DNA from: Candidatus Nomurabacteria bacterium RIFCSPLOWO2_12_FULL_40_42 | GTDB lineage: Bacteria > Patescibacteriota > Minisyncoccia > Phycocordibacterales > UBA9973 | Reading direction: 5' to 3' | Assembly (NCBI GenBank): GCA_001786195.1 | Contig: MFVS01000008.1 | Coordinates: 21,057-85,056, forward strand | DNA length: 64,000 bases | Shown here: positions 37,113-45,801 of the stretch, in pieces | How the letters are laid out: every line of letters starts with the position of its first letter | Position numbering within the stretch: the first letter of the stretch is position 1 | Translations under genes and position numbers: made by a program | Notes under the pieces: model-generated | What the model was told of the DNA's origin: nothing | Seen by the model: only the letters and a program-made list of their open reading frames with translations | Databases searched by the model: none

Positions 37113-37550
37113 ATGCCAAAAGAAAAATTACAAAAAAAATTCACTACCGGGTTTATGGTGATTGAGGTATTGATTGCCTCTTCGATTATTACTGTTTCTA
37201 TTTTGGCGGCGATGGCGGTGGCGCAAAAGTCGGTTTATGTCTCCCGCCAGGCTTTCCATGTGAGCCAAGCCGCTTTCTTGCTCGAAGAAGGCGCAGAGAA
37301 TGCGCGGATTGCTCGGGATAATGCCTGGAGCAATGTGACAGCTCTTAATTCTTCGGAAACGGTCGGTATTTTTACCAGGACAGCGGTCGCTTCGAGCGTT
37401 AATCGGGACAATGCAACCAAAGATATCGTAACTTCGGGCGGGACATCCGACGCCGGCACAAAATTAATTACTGTGACGGTGTCTTGGAAGGAAGGCGGTA
37501 CGACTGTTACTAAAACATTACAATTTTATTTAACCGATGTTTTTTCTTAA
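37113..37550 (+). CDS. minor pilin/pseudopilin
   Basis: ...KKFTTG|FMVIEVLIASSIITVSILA prepilin N-terminus. Confidence 0.6.
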   Translation: MPKEKLQKKFTTGFMVIEVLIASSIITVSILAAMAVAQKSVYVSRQAFHVSQAAFLLEEGAENARIARDNAWSNVTALNSSETVGIFTRTAVASSVNRDNATKDIVTSGGTSDAGTKLITVTVSWKEGGTTVTKTLQFYLTDVFS

Positions 37551-37556
37551 AAGATA

Positions 37557-38066
37557 ATGAAAATTATAAAATTGAAAATTAAAAATTTTAAAAAAGGCTA
37601 CGCGATTCTCGAACTACTTTTTTATATTTCTTTTTTTACAGTTCTCGCCTTGGTGGTGATCAATGCCATGATAGCGATGGCGAAGTCCTTTCGGGAAACG
37701 GCGATTTATGCGGAATTGGACCAAAGCGCAAATATTATGGAGCGCATGTCTCGAGAAATCAGGCAAGCTAACAGTATCAGTTCAATCAGTCCAACTAACT
37801 TGATTTTAAATACTAAAGATGAGGATGATAATGACAAAACAGTGGAATTTAAATTTGTTAGTCCCAATATCCAGTTTTGGAATGACGGCAGCAATGTCGG
37901 AGATTTAAATTCACCTAAGATAATTGTCACTGGACTTACTTTTACGGAGATAACGACTGCTAAAGGAAAAGCGGTGAAAATAGTTCTTTCGATCCGTTCC
38001 GTGAATGACAGTTTGAGTCGCACAGTCGATTTTTATGATACCATTGTGCTTCGAGGTAGCTATTAA
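37557..38066 (+). CDS. minor pilin/pseudopilin
   Basis: ...NFKKG|YAILELLFYISFFTVLALVV prepilin-like N-terminus. Confidence 0.55.
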   Translation: MKIIKLKIKNFKKGYAILELLFYISFFTVLALVVINAMIAMAKSFRETAIYAELDQSANIMERMSREIRQANSISSISPTNLILNTKDEDDNDKTVEFKFVSPNIQFWNDGSNVGDLNSPKIIVTGLTFTEITTAKGKAVKIVLSIRSVNDSLSRTVDFYDTIVLRGSY

Positions 38067-38067
38067 G

Positions 38068-39318
38068 ATGAAAAATAATTTTAAAAAAATTAAAAAAAAT
38101 GGTGGCGCGGCGATGCTTATCTCCGTAATTTTCTTCTTGTTTATCTCCCTGGCTATAATTTCCGGGCTGGTGGGCCCGACTCTGCGGGAATTTCGAAATG
38201 CCGATATTAATTTAAAATCCAAACAGTCATATTTCTTGGCAGAGTCGGGAGTCGAGGATGCTTTTTATAGGATTAAAAATAATATGGCAATTGGAAGTAG
38301 CGAAAGTCTTACTCTAAGTTCCAACCAAGTCACTACCGCAATTACCAATGTTTCAGGCGGTGGCAAAAATATCACTTCTCTAGGCGATGTCTTAAATTAT
38401 GAACGCAAGATTTCTGTATCGTTGATCCCGGGCGAGGGTGTTTCGTTTAATTACGGAATGCAAATAGGGAATGGCGGATTGACGATGACAAATCATGCAA
38501 GAATAAATGGGAACGTGTATGTAAATGATGATGTTACAGGCGTAAACGATGCGCGGGTGACAGGCACCGCCATAGCCACTGGCACAATCAGCGGTATGGA
38601 TATCGGGGAGTTCGGGGTCGGCAATGCCTGGGCGCACACTGTAAATAATTCCAACATTGCCGGCAGTTTATACTGTCAAACAGGCAGCGGGAACAATAAA
38701 AGCTGCAATACATCGCAGGGAGATCCGGCCATGATTGATTTTCCCATTTCCGATGAACAAATCCGATCATGGAAAGATGAAGCACTCACCGGCGGAACAC
38801 AGACTGGAAATGTTAATTTGTCCGGAGGAGATACTATGTCGATTGGTCCCCGAAAAGTAGTCGGCAATTTAAATTTAAGCAATAACGGCACAACTCTCAC
38901 AGTTTTGGGTACGCTGTGGGTGATTGGAAATATTAGTTTATCAAATGAGTCGCAAATCAGGCTTTCCAGTTTTTACGGAGGAGGTAGTGGAGTTATTATT
39001 GCTGACGGAACTATTTCCATGTCAAATGATTCTTCTTTGGCGGGTTCAGGAACTACCGGTAGTTACCTAATGGCAGTTACCACTTCCACGTCAGCTTCAG
39101 CAATTAATCTATCAAATAATGCCACAACCACTATTCTTGTTGCTCCGTACGGAAAAATAAGTTTTTCCAATCATGCCTCGGTGAAAGAAGTGATAGCGAG
39201 AGCCGTGGATATTTCAAATGATGCAACTCTTACCTATGAATCTGGCTTAATTAACGTTAATTTTACAAGCGGCCCATCAGGTGGCTATAATATCTCTAGC
39301 TGGAAGGAGGCAAAGTAA
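38068..39318 (+). CDS. large minor-pilin-like/pilus-associated protein
   Basis: Start at ATG 38068 (MKNNFKKIKKNGGAAMLISVIFFLFISLAIISGLV: N-terminal TM). Thr/Ser/Gly/Asn-rich beta-rich remainder. Last gene of the pilin set. Confidence 0.45.
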   Translation: MKNNFKKIKKNGGAAMLISVIFFLFISLAIISGLVGPTLREFRNADINLKSKQSYFLAESGVEDAFYRIKNNMAIGSSESLTLSSNQVTTAITNVSGGGKNITSLGDVLNYERKISVSLIPGEGVSFNYGMQIGNGGLTMTNHARINGNVYVNDDVTGVNDARVTGTAIATGTISGMDIGEFGVGNAWAHTVNNSNIAGSLYCQTGSGNNKSCNTSQGDPAMIDFPISDEQIRSWKDEALTGGTQTGNVNLSGGDTMSIGPRKVVGNLNLSNNGTTLTVLGTLWVIGNISLSNESQIRLSSFYGGGSGVIIADGTISMSNDSSLAGSGTTGSYLMAVTTSTSASAINLSNNATTTILVAPYGKISFSNHASVKEVIARAVDISNDATLTYESGLINVNFTSGPSGGYNISSWKEAK

Positions 39319-39339
39319 ATATGCTATACTTTTCGTAGC

Positions 39340-40104
39340 ATGAAGAAGATAATTATCGGCAATTGGAAAATGAATCCGCCCACGCTCAAAGAAGCGGAGC
39401 AGTTGTTTTCAGTTCTAGCCAAAGGCGCCTCTTCCAGCAAAAAAACAGAAATTGTGATCTGTCCGCCGTTTGTCTACTTAGAAAAATTGAGTAAAATTCG
39501 AACTAGCAAAATAAAACTTGGGGCCCAGGATGCTTTTTATGAAGAGGTGGGGGCTTTCACTGGAGAAATTTCCGGAGAGATGCTTGATAACCTCCGCGTT
39601 AAATATGTAATTTTGGGCCACTCGGAAAGGCGGGCACTCGGAGAGACCAATGAAATGGTGAATCAAAAAATTAAAGCGGTACTTGCGGCGGGATTGATAC
39701 CGATTCTCTGTGTCGGAGAAACTGCGCGCGACGAAAGCCATGATTATTTTAATCTGGTCAAAATACAGCTCGAGGAATGCCTGGCCGGAGTTAAAAAAAC
39801 TTTTATTTCCAAAATAATTATTGCTTATGAACCCGTCTGGGCGATTTCTACTACGCCCAATCGCAAAGACGCAACTTCGGCTGATTCTCTGGAGATGGCC
39901 ATTTTTTTCAAGAAAATTCTCTCGGACAAATTTGGCCGCGAGGCGTCCCGCGGGAGAATTATTTACGGCGGCTCGGTGAGTGGAAAAGATGCCGGCGATT
40001 TTCTGCAAAACGGCGGCGTGGACGGGCTCCTGCCTGGCCGCGCCAGCTTGGATGCCAAGAAGTTTGTGGAGATTATAAAGATATGCGAAGTATTAAGCAA
40101 ATAG
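39340..40104 (+). CDS. tpiA: triosephosphate isomerase
   Basis: IIGNWKMNPP...ILGHSERR...AYEPVWAIST...GGSV are TPI signatures. Confidence 0.9.
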   Translation: MKKIIIGNWKMNPPTLKEAEQLFSVLAKGASSSKKTEIVICPPFVYLEKLSKIRTSKIKLGAQDAFYEEVGAFTGEISGEMLDNLRVKYVILGHSERRALGETNEMVNQKIKAVLAAGLIPILCVGETARDESHDYFNLVKIQLEECLAGVKKTFISKIIIAYEPVWAISTTPNRKDATSADSLEMAIFFKKILSDKFGREASRGRIIYGGSVSGKDAGDFLQNGGVDGLLPGRASLDAKKFVEIIKICEVLSK

Positions 40105-41147
40105 AAAATATTGAAGGTAAAACCGTGCTTCTGCGTGTAGATTTTAACGTGCCGATTAAAAATGGAAAAGTCGAAGATGATTTTCGGATAATTAAATCCC
40201 TACCCACGATAAGTTTTGTATTAGAAAAAGGTGCGAAAATTGTTTTAATTACTCATTTGGGTAAAGATGGGAGTGATAGTTTGGAGCCGGTTATTAAGCG
40301 TTTTTGGGAAGTAGCTAAGTTTCCAAAAGACAAAATAGAATTTTATGAAAATGTGCGAAAATTTCCTGGAGAAGAAAAAAATGACCCTAGTTTTGCTAAA
40401 AAACTAGCCGCCTTGGGCGATATTTATGTTAATGATGCTTTTCCCGTTTCTCACCGCCCCCACGCATCTATCGTTGGCATTCCGAAATATTTACCCTCTT
40501 ACGCCGGGCTTCAACTCGAGGAAGAAGTAAAAAATTTATCTCGCGCTTTTCAAAAACCAGAGCATCCATTTTTATTTATCCTGGGCGGAGCCAAATTTTC
40601 CACCAAAATTCCCTTAATAGAAAAATATTTAGAACTAGCCGACCAGGTTTTTATCGGCGGTGCTTTAGCGAATGATTTTTTAAAGGCCACCGGCTACGAA
40701 GTGGGGAAGTCTCTAGTGGACGACACGAATTATGGCATTGAAAAAGTATTAAAGAATAAAAAGTTAATTTTACCGGTTGATGTTGTAGTGAAATCCGGTG
40801 AAATTTTAATAAACAAAAAGTCGGATGAGGTCGGTAAAGAGGAAAATATTTTAGATATTGGCTCGGAAACAGTAAAAAATCTGGCATCACTTATCCAAGA
40901 TTCAAAGTTTATTCTTTGGAACGGGCCTCTCGGCAAATATGAAGAAGGCGGGGGAAATTCTACTAAAGAAATATTAAAATTAGTCGCAGATTCCAAAGCT
41001 CTTAGTATTATCGGGGGAGGAGATACAGTAGCTTTGATATCAGAAATGAATATGGAAGATAAATTTTCATCTGTCTCTACTGGCGGTGGCGCTACTCTTG
41101 AATTTCTCGCCAATGGCACTCTGCCAGGCATCAAAGCGCTTGAGTGA
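40083..41147 (+). CDS. pgk: phosphoglycerate kinase (short form)
   Basis: VLLRVDFNVPIKNGKVEDDFRI N-terminal signature. GGGDT...GGGATLEFL C-terminal motifs. 354 aa. Confidence 0.88.
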   Translation: MRSIKQIENIEGKTVLLRVDFNVPIKNGKVEDDFRIIKSLPTISFVLEKGAKIVLITHLGKDGSDSLEPVIKRFWEVAKFPKDKIEFYENVRKFPGEEKNDPSFAKKLAALGDIYVNDAFPVSHRPHASIVGIPKYLPSYAGLQLEEEVKNLSRAFQKPEHPFLFILGGAKFSTKIPLIEKYLELADQVFIGGALANDFLKATGYEVGKSLVDDTNYGIEKVLKNKKLILPVDVVVKSGEILINKKSDEVGKEENILDIGSETVKNLASLIQDSKFILWNGPLGKYEEGGGNSTKEILKLVADSKALSIIGGGDTVALISEMNMEDKFSSVSTGGGATLEFLANGTLPGIKALE

Positions 41148-41180
41148 TTTAAGCTTTTATTTATAAGGGTTTTTCTGGTA

Positions 41181-41209
41181 TTGACATAGAGGGTTTTTGG
41201 GTGTATAAT
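41181..41209 (+). promoter_or_regulatory. perfect-consensus sigma70 promoter driving the DGR target gene
   Basis: TTGACA, 17-nt spacer, TATAAT, about 95 nt upstream of the target ORF start. Confidence 0.6.
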
Positions 41210-41304
41210 TTAAAGGTATACAAACGGCAGAAATCTCTGCAACCTGTCCGAGGCATTCGGAATATACCTGTGAGCAACGGGTGAATGTTCAATGAAAAGA
41301 AAGG

Positions 41305-41700
41305 TTGGGTAAAATCGTGAGTAGCGAAAAAATTGTCGACGGAGCCACTGGGGTGAAGGTCTATCTCAGGCGGTTGTTTGCGGACGAGACGATAACTTAT
41401 GGCGATGTGAAAGTTGTCATTTTCGAACTCGTTCAAAATGGCAATTTCCAGAAAATGTTTGGAGAGCTCGGCGAAAAGCGCCGATGTTGGAAAAACAAGG
41501 AGGAGGCGCTGGCTTTCGCCGAGCAAAATACGGAAAAGCTCGGTCCCAACAGCAACTTCTTCGAGCTTGAAGGCGGCTTCGTTGCCAACGTGAACCTCGA
41601 CGGGGACGGTCAGCCCTATGTGAACTTCGTGAGCCCGCTTTCGAACGACTCCGCTTGGTACGCCGGGTTTCAGCCTCGAGTGTTCTACCCGCAACAGTAA
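41305..41700 (+). CDS. DGR target (variable) protein, small, VR at C-terminus
   Basis: 131 aa ORF; start is either TTG 41305 or GTG 41317. Markedly GC-rich relative to its surroundings. Its last 40 codons are the variable repeat. Followed by a hairpin plus T-tract at 41727-41790. Confidence 0.6.
   Translation: MGKIVSSEKIVDGATGVKVYLRRLFADETITYGDVKVVIFELVQNGNFQKMFGELGEKRRCWKNKEEALAFAEQNTEKLGPNSNFFELEGGFVANVNLDGDGQPYVNFVSPLSNDSAWYAGFQPRVFYPQQ
41577..41697 (+). repeat. DGR variable repeat (VR)
   Basis: 119-bp repeat pairing with 42068-42186. 10 substitutions, 9 of them where the template repeat has A (template AAC codons become TTC/AGC/TCC/TAC here). Confidence 0.8.
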
Positions 41701-42067
41701 CTTGGTTACTCGTTGCAAAAAATCACAACCGTTCTCAACCGGAAAAATCGCGTGGAGGACGGTTTTTCTTTTGCCACTTTGAAACTTTTTCTCTTTGACC
41801 CTTTGTTTTTATATTTTTGATATACTGGTTATGTAATCGGGAAATGCTTACGGCTAAGGCTCTAAGCCATGATTATTTAAAAACGAGTTTGAGAATTTTG
41901 CCGGAAATTTTTCTTGCGAAAGAGTGAATTCTTTTTTAAAAACAAAAAAACATAAAAGTTGGTGCGATGAACTCGTAGGCTTCTACGCCTCAAATAATAT
42001 ACAGCACGATCTTTGGTATTAAATTATGCTCAGATCGGCAGTGCCATAGATGGTTCATCGCACAATT

Positions 42068-42188
42068 CTTCGTTGCCAACGTGAACCTCGACGGGGACGG
42101 TCAGCCCTATGTGAACAACGTGAACCCGCTTTCGAACGACAACACTTGGAACGCCGAGTTTCAGCGTCGAGTGTTCTACCCGAAACTA
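42068..42188 (+). repeat. DGR template repeat (TR)
   Basis: Non-coding copy of the VR with adenines at the variable positions (5 AAC codons in the VR reading frame). Preceded by a TTGACC...TATACT promoter-like sequence at about 41795-41830. Confidence 0.8.
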
Positions 42189-42201
42189 TTAAGTTTCTCC
42201 T

Positions 42202-42595
42202 TCATTTATGTGGAGGAGTTTTCTTTTCGAGACCTTTCTTCCAACCACCCAGCATTCTGCCTATTTCCTGCAAGTGTTCGGATAGAGCAGAATACTTTTC
42301 ATTCGGGATGCATTTATTTCCCCAAGCTATCTGCAGAAAGAATTTTATGCCGTCGAGTTTGGAAATCGCGATGATGAGACGAGGTATTTTAGTTTCCGGC
42401 GGGAGATATATTGAAACAAAAATATTTTCCAAAAGGCCGAGGAAATAATCTTCTATCTTTCCACCTAGGGTGTAGCGGTGCGCCTTTGGAAAATCATTGT
42501 ATATTTTAAACCAAAGAGAATAGGCTGTTTTTGTCTTTAAAAGCGCTGAAGGCGCTGCGGGGGGGGGTCCCGGAAATATGAAACAATTTATTCAT
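42202..42595 (-). pseudogene. avd: Avd (accessory variability determinant; four-helix-bundle family), antisense to the TR/RT, apparently frameshifted
   Basis: Minus-strand frame encodes ...YSLWFKIYNDFPKAHRYTLGGKIEDYFLGLLENIFVSIYLPPETKIPRLIIAISKLDGIKFFLQIAWGNKCIPNEKYSALSEHLQEIGRMLGGWKKGLEKK, matching the TIGR02436/Avd consensus. There is no in-frame ATG/GTG/TTG upstream. ATG 42593-42595 is in the -1 frame and terminates at 42506, implying a frameshift near the A5/G9 homopolymers. Confidence 0.5.
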
Positions 42596-43588
42596 ACTTA
42601 CGATAGTACCATAACAATAGAAAAACTGCTCAAGGCATGGCAGGAATTCGTGCGCGACAAGAAAAACAAAAAAGATGTGATTTTATTCCAGGCCAAGCTG
42701 ATGGATAACATATTCGATCTTTTTAATGATCTTAAAAACAAAACTTACAAGCACGGCGGTTATATCGCTTTTAATATATCAGATCCTAAACCTAGGCAAA
42801 TACACAAGGCAACAGTTCGAGATAGGTTGCTGCATCATTTGATATATCGAGAACTTTACGAACATTTTAATTCAAAATTTATCCACGACTCATATTCCTG
42901 CCGATTAAACAAAGGAACCCACAAAGCGATCAACAGATTCCGCGATTTTTTCCGAAAAGTTTCCAAAAATCACGCAAAGACGTGCTTTGTTCTCAAGTGC
43001 GATATCAAGAAATTCTTTGCCAACATTGATCATCAAATTTTAAAGCAAATTTTAGAAAAACACATCGAAGACAAAAATATTATCTGGCTTCTTTCACAAG
43101 TTATAAATAGTTTTTATACTCAACTAAATACTAAAAACTCTGCGATAGCAGAAAGTTTAGTAAAAGGTTTGCCATTAGGGAATCTAACTTCCCAACTTCT
43201 GGTAAATGTTTACATGAATGAATTTGACCAGTTTATGAAAAGAGAATTGAAAGTAAGGTATTATATACGATACGCAGACGATTTTGTAATATTGAGTGAT
43301 AATAAAAATTATCTTGAAGACTTACTTCTAAAGGTCTCTAGCTTCTTAGAAAAAGAATTAAAATTACAATTACACCCAGACAAAGTTTTTATGAAAACTT
43401 TCGCTTCCGGTGTTGATTTTCTAGGCTGGGTACATTTTTCAAAGTATAGAGTTTTGAGGACGAGTACAAAAAGAAAGATGTTGAGGAATCTTGAAAAAAA
43501 TTTTAAAGAAGAGTCACGACAGTCATATTTAGGAATGTTGAAACACGGGAATGCTTATAAGCTCAAAAGTGAGATTGAAAACTTATAA
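42578..43588 (+). CDS. DGR reverse transcriptase
   Basis: 336 aa. Motif 2 VLKCDIKKFFANIDHQIL. Motif 4 GLPLGNLTSQLLVNVYM, the DGR-diagnostic [ILV]GxxxSQ in place of QGxxSP. Motif 5 RYADDFVIL. Confidence 0.9.
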   Translation: MKQFIHTYDSTITIEKLLKAWQEFVRDKKNKKDVILFQAKLMDNIFDLFNDLKNKTYKHGGYIAFNISDPKPRQIHKATVRDRLLHHLIYRELYEHFNSKFIHDSYSCRLNKGTHKAINRFRDFFRKVSKNHAKTCFVLKCDIKKFFANIDHQILKQILEKHIEDKNIIWLLSQVINSFYTQLNTKNSAIAESLVKGLPLGNLTSQLLVNVYMNEFDQFMKRELKVRYYIRYADDFVILSDNKNYLEDLLLKVSSFLEKELKLQLHPDKVFMKTFASGVDFLGWVHFSKYRVLRTSTKRKMLRNLEKNFKEESRQSYLGMLKHGNAYKLKSEIENL

Positions 43589-43615
43589 AAATTTTAATCA
43601 AAGCGCTTGAGTGAT

Positions 43616-44092
43616 TTACTTGGTAATTTTTTTAGCTGTTTCCTTTAGTTTCTCGTCAGACTCTTTTTTATAGTCATGCGAAGAAATATAACCTTCGTAT
43701 TTTTTAAAATATTTATCTATTTTTGATTCAAGTGGCTTCCAATTTTCCATATCTGCAGTTCCATGCATGGGATATAATTTAGAATGAACATGATTGATTC
43801 CAAATCCTTCAAAGACCATCGCTGTTCTACCTACATCTTTAAGTTTTGAATCCAAAAGTTTTGCAACTTTTTTTGTGGCTGTTATTAATCCACGAAGTAT
43901 TTCATCGGGCAAATCAAAAGCATAACTTGAGTAATGAGTTTTTGGTATTACAACAGTTACTCCTTCGGTATTTGGGAAAGGTGTCAGAAAAGCCATATGT
44001 AAAGAGTCTTCCCAGATTTTATAAGCAGGTGCCTCTCCTTTTATTATTTTGCAAAAAATGCAGTTTTCCATAATTTCGTTATTATATCTCAT
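43616..44092 (-). CDS. HIT-family protein
   Basis: CIFCKII...EGVTVVIPKTHY...GFGINHVHSKLYP is a HIT-like fold with a degenerate HxHxH triad. Confidence 0.6.
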   Translation of the reverse strand: MRYNNEIMENCIFCKIIKGEAPAYKIWEDSLHMAFLTPFPNTEGVTVVIPKTHYSSYAFDLPDEILRGLITATKKVAKLLDSKLKDVGRTAMVFEGFGINHVHSKLYPMHGTADMENWKPLESKIDKYFKKYEGYISSHDYKKESDEKLKETAKKITK

Positions 44093-44111
44093 TTATGCTA
44101 AAATTTCTTCC

Positions 44112-45797
44112 ATGTCTCTATTACTTGATGTTTTGCTTGAAAAAAGAAGTATTACGTCTGACCAGAAAGATATTTTTTTGAACCCGGATTACAAACGCGA
44201 TTTGCACGACCCTTTTTTAATGCGAGATATGGAAAAAGCTTGTGTTCGAATTTTTGAAGCGATCGAGAATAAAGAAAAAATAATTATTTACGCGGACTAT
44301 GATTGTGACGGTATACCCGGCGCCGTTATTTTAAATGACTTATTTATTTTTTTAGGATATAAAAATTACGAAGTCTATATTCCCAAAAGAAATTCGGAGG
44401 GCTATGGGCTGAATTTGGATGCGATAAAACAATTTGCCGATTCTGGAGTCAAACTTATTATTACCATTGACCTCGGTATTACGGCGGTAGCCGAGGTGGC
44501 GCAAGCGGAAGTGGATGGTATTGACGTGATTATTACCGATCACCACTTGCCTCGCCAAAGCGTCATCAGCGGCGGGCTTGCCTTCGACCTGCCTAGGGCT
44601 TATGCCATCTTGAATCCCAAGACTGATGAGTATTCAGAAAAAATGTTATGCGGGGCCGGAGTGGTTTTTAAATTTGCCCAGGGTTTCCTAAAAAAATACG
44701 GCGAATATTTTAAGGTTAAAGTTGGCGCGGAAAAATGGATGCTGGATATGGCGGGTCTGGCCACGCTCTCAGACATGGTGCCGCTCACGGGTGAGAATCG
44801 AGCCATTGCCTATTTCGGAATGAAAGTTCTGAAAAAATCTCCCAGGCCGGGATTGCAAAAACTTTTGGCTAAAATGAACATCGAGCAGAAATATTTATCC
44901 GCGGACGATATTGGTTTTATGGTAACTCCGCGGCTTAATGCTGCTTCCCGGATGGATGACCCGATGCGGGCTTTTGAGCTTCTTTCCACCGAGGATGAAG
45001 CCAAAGGGGGAATGCTAGCCGACCATCTGTCTAAAATAAATGATGAAAGAAAGAATATCGTTAAAGGAATAATGCGGGAGATAAATAAAAATTTCGAGAA
45101 ACGCAAACTTGAAAAAGTGATCGTGATCGGCAATCCTGCTTGGCTGGTGGGAGTCTTGGGACTTGTAGCTGGGAAGATTTGCGATGAATATGCAAAGCCG
45201 GTTTTTGTCTGGGGCAAGGACGAGAATGACTGCATCAAAGGGTCTTGCCGCAGCGACGGCTCGGTATCGGTGGTGGAGCTTATGACAGCAACCCGGGAAT
45301 CATTCATAGATTTTGGCGGACATGAGCTCGCGGGTGGGTTCACTGTTCACACCGAAAAAATTCATTTTTTGGAAGAAGCATTGTCGGTTTCTTTTAATCA
45401 AATTACCACCGCGGCCTCTGGTCACCTCCCCTCAATTGAGAAGGGGGAAGGGGGTGGTGATATGAAATTATCTCTTTCCGATATCAATCTGAATACTTGG
45501 CGACAAATAGAGAAACTCGAGCCTTTTGGTTTAGGCAATCCAAAGCCAATCTTTCTGTTTGAGGGCATAAAGATAGAGAAAATAAAAAAGTTTGGCAAAA
45601 ATGGTTCGGGCGAACATCTGGAAATTATTTTTTCTGACGCTTCCGGCAGAGCCAAGGCTGTTTCTTTTTTTTCCAGCGTTGACTCTTTTAAAAATACTTT
45701 GTCGGAGGGGCTTGGCGTGAATTTGCTCGCCACTTTTGATTTGTCTCGCTTTCGCGGCAGGGAAGAGTTAAGATTAAGAATTACTGATATAATATAG
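44112..45797 (+). CDS. recJ: single-stranded-DNA-specific exonuclease RecJ
   Basis: DHH motifs ADYDCDGIPGAVIL, IITIDLGIT, VIITDHHLP; DHHA1 C-terminal domain. Start set at ATG 44112. GC-rich palindromic insert at 45422-45460. Confidence 0.85.
   Translation: MSLLLDVLLEKRSITSDQKDIFLNPDYKRDLHDPFLMRDMEKACVRIFEAIENKEKIIIYADYDCDGIPGAVILNDLFIFLGYKNYEVYIPKRNSEGYGLNLDAIKQFADSGVKLIITIDLGITAVAEVAQAEVDGIDVIITDHHLPRQSVISGGLAFDLPRAYAILNPKTDEYSEKMLCGAGVVFKFAQGFLKKYGEYFKVKVGAEKWMLDMAGLATLSDMVPLTGENRAIAYFGMKVLKKSPRPGLQKLLAKMNIEQKYLSADDIGFMVTPRLNAASRMDDPMRAFELLSTEDEAKGGMLADHLSKINDERKNIVKGIMREINKNFEKRKLEKVIVIGNPAWLVGVLGLVAGKICDEYAKPVFVWGKDENDCIKGSCRSDGSVSVVELMTATRESFIDFGGHELAGGFTVHTEKIHFLEEALSVSFNQITTAASGHLPSIEKGEGGGDMKLSLSDINLNTWRQIEKLEPFGLGNPKPIFLFEGIKIEKIKKFGKNGSGEHLEIIFSDASGRAKAVSFFSSVDSFKNTLSEGLGVNLLATFDLSRFRGREELRLRITDII
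45422..45460. repeat. GC-rich palindromic in-frame insert in recJ
   Basis: TCACCTCCCC-TCAATTGA-GAAGGGGGAAGGGGGTGGTGA encoding HLPSIEKGEGGGD. Confidence 0.55.
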
Positions 45798-45801
45798 GGC
45801 A

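Noticed and set aside
41161-41718. 185-aa minus-strand ORF antisense to the DGR target
   Set aside because: The adenine-specific VR/TR pattern and the AAC codon frame fix the coding strand as plus. The antisense ORF is a GC-rich artefact.
42050-42448. Plus-strand ORFs 42050-42448 and 42081-42374 spanning the TR
   Set aside because: The TR is a noncoding template. These frames only reflect the GC-rich repeat and overlap the Avd reading on the other strand.
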